From contig CAVPPB010000001.1 of assembly GCA_963707215.1 (NCBI GenBank), positions 848,780-912,779 on the forward strand: a stretch of DNA of 64,000 nt. The letters are read 5' to 3'. The position numbers were made by a program, and so were the translations under genes. The notes under the pieces are model-generated. The model was not told the DNA's origin, searched no databases, and saw nothing but the letters and a program-made list of their open reading frames with translations. Source of the DNA: an uncultured Chloroflexia bacterium (GTDB lineage Bacteria; Chloroflexota; Limnocylindria; Limnocylindrales; CSP1-4). Below are positions 18,427 to 27,683 of the stretch, piece after piece (within the stretch, counting starts at the first letter, position 1; the number at the start of each line of letters is the position of its first letter).

Positions 18427-19266
18427 GCTCGAGTGAGGTCTACCGGATCTCGACCGCGAGCGGCTCCCTTCGGACGAAGGTGCCGGTCCTGGCGACTCCG
18501 GCGGACGTCACGTCGTCCCACCTCGAGCTGCCCGACAACGGCCTGACCAATCCTGGGCAACGCCTGGGGCAACGGCCCGGACGGGTCGGGTGCCGGCCGA
18601 GCGTCGAGCTGAGCTGCGCGTCCTGCCACAACCCGCATGGGAACGGGCAGTACCGCATCCTCAACCCGATCCCGGACCCCGCCGCGACGGCCGCCGGGGC
18701 CTTCTACCCGGTCGCGGCGCCGGGCGCTCTGGTCACCGACGCCGCGCTGCCACCGGCACGGCGACACCCGCAACTACACGGTCATCCAGACCGTCGCGAG
18801 CGCGCCGACCTTGCTGGCAAGCGACGTGCCGAGCGTTCCCGGCTACACGCCGACGGCGGGAGACTACTTCCACCGTGGCGTGCCGTGGAACACGCGGACG
18901 AACAACGACGCTCCGAACGGGCTGACCAGCTTCAACAGCGAGATCACTGCGTGGTGCAGCGCCTGCCACACGCGGTACTACTCGGAGGACGACGGGACCA
19001 ACCCGACCCCGAACACCATCTTCAAGTACCAGCACAACACCCAGAGCAACCGGGCCTGCACGACCTGCCACGTGTCCCACGGCTCGAACGCCCAGATGGA
19101 CGGCACCTACTCGTCGACGTACACCTACCCGGATGGGCGGGTGTCGGCGAACAGCCGCCTCCTGAAGATCGACAACCGCGGCACCTGCCAGGCCTGCCAT
19201 GACCCGACAGGGACCTTCGGCCCCAGCAACAGCGTGGGCCCGGTCCCGGTGCCGCTCGTCCCGTAA
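18078..19266 (+). CDS. Secreted hexaheme cytochrome c, OmcS-like, copy 2 (indels ~18557, ~18590, ~18757)
   Basis: Same N-terminus as copy 1; CAGCH, CLTCH, CASCH, CSACH, CTTCH, CQACH across ORFs 18078-19202 and 18637-19266. Confidence 0.85.
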
Positions 19267-19385
19267 TCCGAACCCCACTCGGCCCACCCCGGACCGAGCA
19301 AGAGGATCGGCTCACCGATCGTGGTGGCCGTGGCCGAGACCGCGGCCACCACGACGAACCAGATGAAAGTCGAGCGTCCTGACGG

Positions 19386-22184
19386 ATGAAGCGCCCACCG
19401 GCGCACCGAACCGGCCCAGCTGCCGCCGCGATCCTCCTGGTCGCGTCGCTGCTGCTGTCCGTCACCCCGGTCGTGCCCCGGGTCGGCGCCATCGACCCGA
19501 CCCCGGTGCCGAGCGCGAGCGAGCCTGCTTCGCCGACGCCAGCACCCGCCCCGACCCCCACCGATCCGCCGTCCCCCGGCCCCTCCCCGACACCGTCGCC
19601 CACGCCGTCGCCCGACCCGAGCTCGAGCCCGGTTCCGACGCCGCCGTCGTCGCCGTCACCAGCCCCCACGTCGCCTCCGTCGGCGAGCCCCTCGCCGACG
19701 CCGAGCCCGGTTCCGAGCGACCCCCCGTCGCCGCAGCCGTCGCCGACGCCCAAGCCATCGCCGAGCCCGCTTCCACTCGATGCGGTCGTGCTCCAGTCGG
19801 CGGATGCCCCTGAGGTCGGGGCTCGCCGCGTGGACCCCGGCGCGCTCGTCGCCATCACCCTCACGATCCTCGCCACGGGTCCGGTCACCGACGCCGAGCT
19901 CGTCGAGCAGGTGCCCATCGGCTGGCTCGTCGTCGATGCGGCCGGCGGCACCTACGATCTGGCCGAGCGGTCGGTCCGCTGGTCCGTGTCGAGCCTGGTG
20001 GCCGGCAGTACCTGGGAGCGAAGGGTCGTCGTTCGAGCGCCATCGCTCGGAGCCGGCGACCCGGTGCTCGATGCTCGCTTCGAGGCGAAGCTCGTCGGGC
20101 GAAGTGATCGGGTCCTCGCCGCGCCGCTCGACCTGCTCGTCGCGCCGGAGCTCGTCATCGCCGAGACCACGTTCGCCACCATCGACGACCTGAGCCAGGT
20201 CCCGACCTACCTCACCCCCGGCGAGGCCCTTGACGCGGTCGCAGCCTTCGACCGGATCCGGCTCCGATTCCAGGTCCGCAACCCTGATTCCATCCCCGTC
20301 ACGATCGTCCCCGACCTCGAGTACCGGGCCGTAGGTGACGCTCGCTTCGTCGCCTTGCCGGCCGGCGACCCGGCGCGTGGGGTCCCCTTCTACCTGGCGA
20401 CCGAGTGGCGACCGGCTGGCAAGGGGAAGACCGGCACGGTCGTAGGTCCGCCCACGGAACCCATCCCGCCTGGCGACCTCAAGGCCGACGTCAAGGACGA
20501 CCCGTCCCAGCGACCTTCCCAGGGGCGCCGGTTCATGGGCACGGACCCGGAGGCCGAGGTCATCGTGCCGGCGAACAGCTACACGGAGATCGAGTTCACC
20601 CTTCGGGCTTCGATCGACGCCCCGTACGGGCGCTCGTTCGAGCTTCGGCTGGTCGATGACGGCCGACCGGTGGCGGCGGCCGTCATCGCCTCGCTCGCGA
20701 CCGGCCCGAGGCCGCCGCTCGTGCTGACGCCCGGTCAGCGCAACGGCCTGGATGTCGGGGCGCCGGTCGACGCCGGGGCCGCGCCGGCGTCGCTGTCGCC
20801 GACCGCTGCTCGGCAGAGCGGCGTCGACCACGCCCTGCTGCCGCCCGACCGCATCGTCGACGCACGGAGTGCGGTCGCGACCGGGCTGCCGCGCTACCGA
20901 CTCGCGATCGCCCAGCTCACCGAGCCCGATGCCGCGGGACCTCTCGCAGCCCCCTTCGATTCGCCCCACGTCCCGGATACGTCCCTGGTGACCGACACCT
21001 GCGCCCGATGCCACAGCGCACACACCGGACAGGGACCCATGCTGCTGCCCGACCCGAACCCCCAGAGCTCCCTCTGCCTGTCATGCCACGACGGGAGCGG
21101 CTCGGACATCGACGTGGCCGGGCGGTACGCCGACCAGGACGTGCCCGCGAACGACGAGGCCACTCGGTCCACCTACCGCCACGACGCGCTGGCGCCGTCG
21201 GTCCACACGCTGGCCGGCGACGACGAGTTCGGCGGGCTCCTCGAGCGCCACAGCGAGTGCGCCGACTGCCACAACCCGCACAACTCGGTGGCGACCGATG
21301 CGACGCAGACGACGACCGGCTGGACGGTGTCCGGCCGCCAGGCCGCCCTCTCCGGGGTCGCCGTGACCAACGGCCCGGCGGGGACCGCCCCCACATACGC
21401 CTTCCTGGACGGGAGCGCGAATGCCCAGCCGACCCGCGAATACGAGATCTGCCTCAAGTGCCACTCCGGCTACACCGTCCTGCCCTCGAACGTCGGCCAG
21501 CCGCCGTCCCGGTACGCCCTGGACAAAGGCCTCGAGCTCAACCCCGGCAACGCCTCCTACCACCCGGTCGAGGCCGCGGGCACCAACCAGACGGCAGCCA
21601 TGGCCAACGGGCTGGCCGGCACCTCGCCCTACAAGCTCTGGGACTTCACGACGGCAGGGACGGTCCGCTGCGTCAACTGCCACGCCGATCCGGCGGTCCT
21701 GGACCCGGACCAGCCGCCGACAGCCGGCAGCGCCCTGGCCCCGCACGTGAGCCAGAACCGGGGGCTCCTGCTCCAGCCATACCGCGACAGATCGCTCAAG
21801 CCCGTCGGCGAGCCGTATTCGGCCGCGGACTTCGCTCTCTGCTACGTCTGTCACTCGGAGGCGCCGTACCTGAACATCAGGACGGGGGCCACGGCGTTCG
21901 ACTTCCACGCCCTGCACGTTTCGGACCTGCCGGGGGGCAGCGGCGGGCTGGACATCGACACGCCCGGCGCCGGGCAGGGCTACGCGGTCTGCGCCGAGTG
22001 CCACTTCCGCCTCCATTCGACCGCCCAGGCCGTCAACGATGGCGACCGGGACAACAGCCGACTGGTGAACTTCGCCCCCAATGTCGTGCCGAACAACGGG
22101 GTGCTTGAGTGGCAGAAGGTCGGCGCGGGCGGGACCTGCACGCTGACCTGCCACGGCGAGCCTCACCGGAACGCCGACTACTAG
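19386..22184 (+). CDS. Large secreted octaheme cytochrome c with Pro/Ser/Thr linker and beta-rich domains
   Basis: Signal peptide; ~90-aa PSPTP-rich tract; beta-sandwich-like region; CARCH, CLSCH, CADCH, CLKCH, CVNCH, CYVCH, CAECH plus CTLTCH (Cx3CH). Confidence 0.85.
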   Translation: MKRPPAHRTGPAAAAILLVASLLLSVTPVVPRVGAIDPTPVPSASEPASPTPAPAPTPTDPPSPGPSPTPSPTPSPDPSSSPVPTPPSSPSPAPTSPPSASPSPTPSPVPSDPPSPQPSPTPKPSPSPLPLDAVVLQSADAPEVGARRVDPGALVAITLTILATGPVTDAELVEQVPIGWLVVDAAGGTYDLAERSVRWSVSSLVAGSTWERRVVVRAPSLGAGDPVLDARFEAKLVGRSDRVLAAPLDLLVAPELVIAETTFATIDDLSQVPTYLTPGEALDAVAAFDRIRLRFQVRNPDSIPVTIVPDLEYRAVGDARFVALPAGDPARGVPFYLATEWRPAGKGKTGTVVGPPTEPIPPGDLKADVKDDPSQRPSQGRRFMGTDPEAEVIVPANSYTEIEFTLRASIDAPYGRSFELRLVDDGRPVAAAVIASLATGPRPPLVLTPGQRNGLDVGAPVDAGAAPASLSPTAARQSGVDHALLPPDRIVDARSAVATGLPRYRLAIAQLTEPDAAGPLAAPFDSPHVPDTSLVTDTCARCHSAHTGQGPMLLPDPNPQSSLCLSCHDGSGSDIDVAGRYADQDVPANDEATRSTYRHDALAPSVHTLAGDDEFGGLLERHSECADCHNPHNSVATDATQTTTGWTVSGRQAALSGVAVTNGPAGTAPTYAFLDGSANAQPTREYEICLKCHSGYTVLPSNVGQPPSRYALDKGLELNPGNASYHPVEAAGTNQTAAMANGLAGTSPYKLWDFTTAGTVRCVNCHADPAVLDPDQPPTAGSALAPHVSQNRGLLLQPYRDRSLKPVGEPYSAADFALCYVCHSEAPYLNIRTGATAFDFHALHVSDLPGGSGGLDIDTPGAGQGYAVCAECHFRLHSTAQAVNDGDRDNSRLVNFAPNVVPNNGVLEWQKVGAGGTCTLTCHGEPHRNADY

Positions 22185-22462
22185 ATGGAGCGGCCTGCCC
22201 GGCGCATCTGACCACCGCGAGCCCAGCAGGACGGTCCCACCCGCGCCATCAGGGGAATCGGTGCGAAGGCACGCCAGCGTGCACGGTCGCGGCTCGGGGC
22301 CGACGGAACCCCGTCGCCGTCACGCCTGATGACGCGCACCCCAAGCACTCACGTCGCCGCGGCGACCGCTCCCGAGCGTTGACCCAGGTCGGCGGACGAT
22401 GGTGGCGGAGCCCGGGGATCGGGAGCGTCGTCCTGGCCCCCGCCTTGTCGCCCGCTCCTGCG

Positions 22463-22482
22463 CATATATCCAGGGATACATG
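22463..22482. promoter_or_regulatory. Palindromic operator-like site upstream of the maturation operon
   Basis: CATATATCC-AG-GGATACATG (one mismatch), an AT-rich spot in GC-rich intergenic DNA. Confidence 0.45.
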
Positions 22483-22694
22483 GCCCGGGCCGTTCCTCCA
22501 TCCCCCGGCCGGCCGAATGGCCCCCGAAATGTGCCCGCTGACGGATAGGTCGGCGGCCTGGCCCTCCGGACAATCGCCTCAGGTGTCAATGGGCTCGCGA
22601 CGCGATCGCGAGCAGGAAGAGAGGGCGATCCGATGGAAGCCATGCGAAGCGGTGGTCGGACGCGCGCCGCGCGTCCCCGCCGGAGCGGTCGGTC

Positions 22695-23865
22695 ATGACC
22701 GCTCCGACCGCGCGATCCGACTCCCACCAGCAGGTCCTGCTGGCTCGTCTGGGTCTCGACGACCGGGCCACGCCCGAGGACGTCGAGGTCACCCATGACG
22801 AGCTCGTCGGCATTCCTGACGACCGCACCGCGGTCGCTCCGCGCCTGGGCCCGTGTCCAGGCCGAGGCGGCCGACGAGGCCTTCGCTCTTCTCACGGACC
22901 CGGACGCACCCGGGATCCCCGGAGCCCTCTCGGGATCCAAGGGACGTGCGACGGTCCAGCCCGACGGGCCGGCGACACCTCCGGCCCGTCGGGCACCCTC
23001 GCCCGCACCGGAAGCGGCCGCCGTGGCCGCCGCGGCTGTCGCGGCCGAGGGCGCCATCGACGACGGGGCGGAGGAGCTCGAGGCGGACGAGGACGTCAGC
23101 TTCGAGGAACTCCTCGCCGAGGTCACCCCGGGCACCCACCGGGAGAGCCTGGCCCCGAAGGGCTCGAAGCCCAAGGCGAAGGGGAAGGGAGCCGCCGAGG
23201 CGGCCCCGGTCGCCGCGGCCACCGTCGCGACGGGCCAGCCGGCCGGTGGCAGCTCCCGGGTCAAGCGCTTCGGCATCATCGGCGCCGTCGCCGTCGCGGC
23301 GGTCGTCGTGGTCGCCGGGGTCTACCAGCTCGGCGCGGCGTCGAACTCGCCCGGCAGCATCGCCTCTGCGAGCCAGCAGCCGCAGGCGAGCGCCGGCGTC
23401 GACCAGGCCCGGGTCTCCGACCTGATGGCCAAGGTCCAGGCCGACCCGACCGATAGCGCCTCGATGATGCAGCTGGGTGACGTCTTCTACGTCGCCGGCG
23501 ACTTCGGTGCGGCCGCCACCTGGTTCGGCAAGGCGCTGGCGGTCGACCCGACCGACAGCGACGCCCAGCTCGCCCTGGGGGCCGCCCTCTTCAACGCCGG
23601 CGATATGGAGGGTGCCGAGGCGGCCTGGATCGCCGTCGTCGAGCGCGAGCCCGACAACGTCGAGGCCCATTACGACCTCGGCTTCCTCTATCTGAACCAG
23701 GAGCCGCCGGACATGGACGGCGTCCAGCGCGAGTGGGGCAAGGTCGTCGAGCTGGCCCCCGACTCGGATGTCGCCCAGACGGTCAAGGCCCACCTCGACG
23801 CCTTCGAGAGCCCGGCGGCCAGCACGGCCCCGAGTGCCTCGCCTGAAGGATCCGTCGAGCCATGA
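22695..23865 (+). CDS. Membrane TPR protein (CcmH/CycH-like TPRs) with J-domain-like N-terminus; frameshift ~22812
   Basis: Joins ORF 22695 (LGLDDRATPEDV) to ORF 22795; TM helix then TPRs (QLGDVFY, ALGAALFNAGD, AHYDLGFLYL). Confidence 0.72.
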
Positions 23866-24590
23866 TCGAAGTCGGGATCCTGGTCGCGTTCCTCGGCGGG
23901 ATCCTCTCGTTCGCTTCGCCCTGCTGCCTGCCGCTCGTGCCCGCCTACGTGGGCTACATGGTCGGCACGGCCACGGAAGGACCCGGCGCCCGGCGCCGCA
24001 CGCTCCTCCACGGGCTAGCCTTCGTCCTCGGCTTCTCGGTCGTATTCGTGGCCTTCTGGGCCTCCATCGGGCTCGTCGGCTACGTGCTGGCCGATCAGGC
24101 CTGGATCCTGCGGCGGCTCGGCGGGGTCGTGCTCGTCGTCCTCGGCCTCCAGGTGGCCGGGGTCATCAACCTGCGGGCGCTCTGGCGCGACACTCGGCCG
24201 ATGCCGGCGATGGCCGCCGGCCCCGGCCTGGGGACGGCCACGACGTCGGCTCCCGGCTACGGGCGGTCGCTCGCCTTCGGCACCTTCTTCGCCGCCGGCT
24301 GGAGCCCGTGCATCGGGCCCATCCTCGGCGGGATCCTCGGCCTCGCGACGGTGACCGCCAGCGTCGCCCAGGGGACCGTCCTCCTGGTCGCCTACGCGGC
24401 CGGACTGGCGATCCCCTTCCTTGCCGTGGCCCTCGGTGCCGACTGGGTCGCCCACCGGCTCACCTGGGTCGGGCGTCACCACCGAGCCGTTTCCATCATC
24501 ACCGGCGCCTCGCTCGTCGCGATCGGCGTCCTGATGCTCACCGACACCCTGACCCGGCTGGCGGCCCTGACGTCGCCGCTGGGCATCTGA
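23862..24590 (+). CDS. ccdA: Cytochrome c biogenesis protein CcdA
   Basis: SFASPCCLPLVPAY and GWSPCIGPILG motifs; multiple TMs. Confidence 0.95.
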   Translation: MIEVGILVAFLGGILSFASPCCLPLVPAYVGYMVGTATEGPGARRRTLLHGLAFVLGFSVVFVAFWASIGLVGYVLADQAWILRRLGGVVLVVLGLQVAGVINLRALWRDTRPMPAMAAGPGLGTATTSAPGYGRSLAFGTFFAAGWSPCIGPILGGILGLATVTASVAQGTVLLVAYAAGLAIPFLAVALGADWVAHRLTWVGRHHRAVSIITGASLVAIGVLMLTDTLTRLAALTSPLGI

Positions 24591-24604
24591 CCGGAGGACA
24601 TGCG

Positions 24605-26137
24605 ATGACCCAGCAGGCACGGACCGGCCGCCTCCCGGGCGACGCGTCCCCGGCCCCGGCCGAGGTCGAGCGCGATTCCGGGTTCGGGATCGACGACCTC
24701 CTGGAGCGCGCCTGGCACCTCCTCACCTCGATGAAGTTCGGGGTGTTCATCATCCTGATCCTGGCCGGCCTCGGGCTCATCGGCTCGATGATCATCCAGG
24801 CCCCACCGGGGATCGCCGCCGACCCGGCCGCCAAGGCCGACTGGCTGGCCGAGATCGCCCCCAAGATCCTGCCCGGCATCGAGTTCCTGCAGTCGATCCC
24901 GATCGTGGGAGCGCTGGTCCCGACGGTCCGCTACGGCGACGTCTCGGGCACCTTCGACGCGCTCCAGATCTTCAGCATCTTCGACTCGATCTGGTTCCGG
25001 GCCCTGGGGGCGCTCCTGACGGCGAGCCTCATCGCCTGCTCGTCGCACCGGCTGCCGGGTCTCTGGAAGTCGGCCACCAAGCCGCACGTCGCCATCGGCG
25101 AGGCGTTCTTCACCCACGCCCCCCAGCATGAGTTCATCTCGGTCAAGGGGACGCCGGAGGAGATCCAGCAGCGGGTCACCTCGGTGATGAAGAAGCACCA
25201 CTACCGGGTCGTCACCGAGGACGACGGGGTGACCCACCTCTACGCCGACAAGTTCCGCTGGGGGCCCTTCGGGACGGTCATCGGCCACCTGAGCCTGGTC
25301 GTCATCCTGGCCGGCGCGATCGTCGGCTCGATGTTCGGTTTCCGGGACAACGGTTTCGTGGTGGCGGAGGGCTCGACGGTGCCGGTCGCCACGGATGACG
25401 GCATCTCGGTCGAGCTGATCCAGTTCCAGGACGCCTACTACACCGACACCGGCGCCCCGGCCGACTACGCCAGCGACGTCGTCGTCTACCAGGACGGTGC
25501 CGAGGTCGCCCGCCATACCGTCCGCGTCAACGAGCCGCTCCGCTACGGCGGCCTGTCGTTCTACCAGTCGTTCTACGGCCCGGCCGCGGCGATGAGCGTC
25601 GCCGACGCCGAGGGCACCGAGGTCTTCGCCGACGGCGTCCCGCTCGCCTGGAGCGATGGCGACTCCGGACGCCGCGTCGGCACCTTCGTCATCCCCGGCG
25701 CGAACCTGACCGTCTGGGTCATCGGGACCGCCGGGACCGGTGACACGGTCGTCGCCCCGGGCCAGATGCGCGTCGAGGTCTACAACGGCAGCGACGGCAG
25801 CCCGGTGGCCGGCGAGACGATCGACCAGGGTGACACGGTCGAGGTGGCCGGCTATGGCTTCACCTTCCAGCGGGAGATGCAGTTCACCGGCCTGTCGGTC
25901 GCCCGGGACCCGGGCACGCCGCTCATCTGGCTCGGTTCCGGTCTCATGATCGCTGGCTTCGTCCTGGTCCTGATGTTCCCCCACCGGCGGGTCTGGGGTC
26001 GCCTGGTCACCCGGCCGGGTGGCCGCGGGACCCTCTCCCTGGCCGGAGCAGGCCGACGCGACGTCGGCTCGAACACCGAGTTCACCGACCTGGTCACCGA
26101 GATCCGGGCGGCATCCACCACGCCGACGGGAGGCTGA
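24605..26137 (+). CDS. resB: Cytochrome c biogenesis protein ResB/CcsB (System II)
   Basis: LTSMKFG, GSMIIQ, FDSIWF, GHLSLVVILAG, VRVNEPLRYGG..FYQS, TGLSVARDPG..LIWLG, HRRVW. Confidence 0.92.
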   Translation: MTQQARTGRLPGDASPAPAEVERDSGFGIDDLLERAWHLLTSMKFGVFIILILAGLGLIGSMIIQAPPGIAADPAAKADWLAEIAPKILPGIEFLQSIPIVGALVPTVRYGDVSGTFDALQIFSIFDSIWFRALGALLTASLIACSSHRLPGLWKSATKPHVAIGEAFFTHAPQHEFISVKGTPEEIQQRVTSVMKKHHYRVVTEDDGVTHLYADKFRWGPFGTVIGHLSLVVILAGAIVGSMFGFRDNGFVVAEGSTVPVATDDGISVELIQFQDAYYTDTGAPADYASDVVVYQDGAEVARHTVRVNEPLRYGGLSFYQSFYGPAAAMSVADAEGTEVFADGVPLAWSDGDSGRRVGTFVIPGANLTVWVIGTAGTGDTVVAPGQMRVEVYNGSDGSPVAGETIDQGDTVEVAGYGFTFQREMQFTGLSVARDPGTPLIWLGSGLMIAGFVLVLMFPHRRVWGRLVTRPGGRGTLSLAGAGRRDVGSNTEFTDLVTEIRAASTTPTGG

Positions 26138-26147
26138 GGAGCGTTCC

Positions 26148-27032
26148 ATGTACAAGATGTCGGAATACGCGTTCATCGCCGCGATCCTGGCCACCGGCCT
26201 GGCGCTGCTTCTGTACCTCGCCTATGCCCTGTCCGGGCTGCGGGCGGCCAGGATGCAGACGGCCGGCACCGGCACGCGGACGGGAGTCCTGGCCTTCGCC
26301 GCGGGACCCCGGACCGCCGCCCTCGGGCGCTACGCCACGATCCTCGGCTGGCTGGGCTTCGCCTTCCTGACGGCCTGGCTCGTCTTCCGGACGTTCGCCA
26401 CCGGTCACGGCCCCTTCGCCAACATGTACGAGTTCAGCGTTTCGTTCGCCTGGGGCATCCTCGGCGCCTACTACTGGTTCGAGCACCGCTACCACCAGCG
26501 GATGCTGGGCCTCTTCGCCCTGCCGGTCGCCCTGGCCCTGATGCTCTACGCGATGACGATCCCGTCCGACGTGGAGCCGCTGGTCCCGGCCCTCCAGAAC
26601 AACCTGCTCCTGTCGGTCCACGTCGCGGTCGCGATCGTCGCCTACGGTTCGTTCACCATCGCCGCCGCGGCAGCCCTGCTCTACCTCATCCAGCCAGAGG
26701 GCGGCCGCTGGGGCCTGCCCAAGCCCGAAGTGCTCGACGAGATCGGCTACAAGGCCATCGTCGTGGGCTTCCCCTTCCTGACCGCGGTCATCGTCCTGGG
26801 CGCCATCTGGGCCGACGTGGCCTGGGGCCGCTACTGGAGCTGGGATCCCAAGGAGACGGCCTCGCTCGTCACCTGGCTCATCTACGGCGCCTACCTTCAC
26901 GCCCGAGTCGTCCGCAACTGGCGCGGCAAGAAGTCCGCCTACCTGCTCCTCCTGGGCTTCGGGGCGACCCTCTTCACCTACTTCGGCAACCTCTGGTTCG
27001 GCGGCCTCCACAGCTACTCGGGGCTGGGCTGA
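26148..27032 (+). CDS. ccsA: Cytochrome c synthase CcsA/ResC (System II)
   Basis: PFANMYE, LVPALQ..LLSVHV, WWD domain GAIWADVAWGRYWSWDPKET, YLH, GLHSY. Confidence 0.95.
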   Translation: MYKMSEYAFIAAILATGLALLLYLAYALSGLRAARMQTAGTGTRTGVLAFAAGPRTAALGRYATILGWLGFAFLTAWLVFRTFATGHGPFANMYEFSVSFAWGILGAYYWFEHRYHQRMLGLFALPVALALMLYAMTIPSDVEPLVPALQNNLLLSVHVAVAIVAYGSFTIAAAAALLYLIQPEGGRWGLPKPEVLDEIGYKAIVVGFPFLTAVIVLGAIWADVAWGRYWSWDPKETASLVTWLIYGAYLHARVVRNWRGKKSAYLLLLGFGATLFTYFGNLWFGGLHSYSGLG

Positions 27033-27065
27033 GCCCCGGCACTGCTGGTCGCCAGGAGACTTGAC

Positions 27066-27674
27066 ATGGATGCGATGCGGATCCAGGCCCCGGCCTCGCG
27101 GGGCGGGCGCTTCGGCAGCGAGCGGCTGCGGACGATCGCGGTGCTGCTCGTCGTCGGGATCGCCCTCGTCGGGGTCGCCGTCGTCGTCGAGCAGCCCGGC
27201 GGACGACGGCTTCACCGGCGTCGACCCTGCCGGATGGCGCCGCGGCTGCCGCGCCGGCCGTCGGCGCGCTGGCCCCGGACTTCCAGACGACGACGATCGA
27301 CGGCACGCCGGTCAGCCTGTCGCGACTACCAGGGCCAGCCAGTGTGGCTGACCTTCGGGGCGAGCTGGTGCCGCGGACTGCCGAGGTGAGGCACCGGACC
27401 TCCAGGCCACGTACGAGAAGTACGCGGCGCAGGGGCTCTGGTCCTGTCCGTCTCGATCCAGGAGGACGAGCAGGCGGTCCGCGACTACGCCGAGCGGGTC
27501 GGCCTGACCTTCACCCAGATCGCCGATCCAAGGACGGTCATCGCCGGCCGTTACCGGATCATCGGCGTCCCGACCCACTACTTCATCTCGCCCGACGGGA
27601 ACATCGAGGAGGTCCGCCTGGGCGGCCTGCCGCCGGCCGAGATGGAGAGCCTGGTCCAGACGATCGTCCAGTAG
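27066..27674 (+). CDS. resA: TlpA/ResA-like membrane thioredoxin (several frameshifts)
   Basis: TM, then APDFQTTTIDG..., GQPVWLTFGASWC..C, RYRIIGVPTHYFISPDG read across frames. Confidence 0.75.
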
Positions 27675-27683
27675 GGACGGAGC

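Noticed and set aside
17200-18780. Programmed frameshifting or phase variation in the hexaheme genes
   Set aside because: The indels are not at slippery or long homopolymer sites, some compensate each other, and similar indels hit housekeeping genes; sequencing error is more likely.
19490-19775. Repetitive CCGTCG/CCGACG DNA as a CRISPR or mobile repeat
   Set aside because: It encodes the Pro/Ser/Thr linker; there is no constant repeat-spacer structure.
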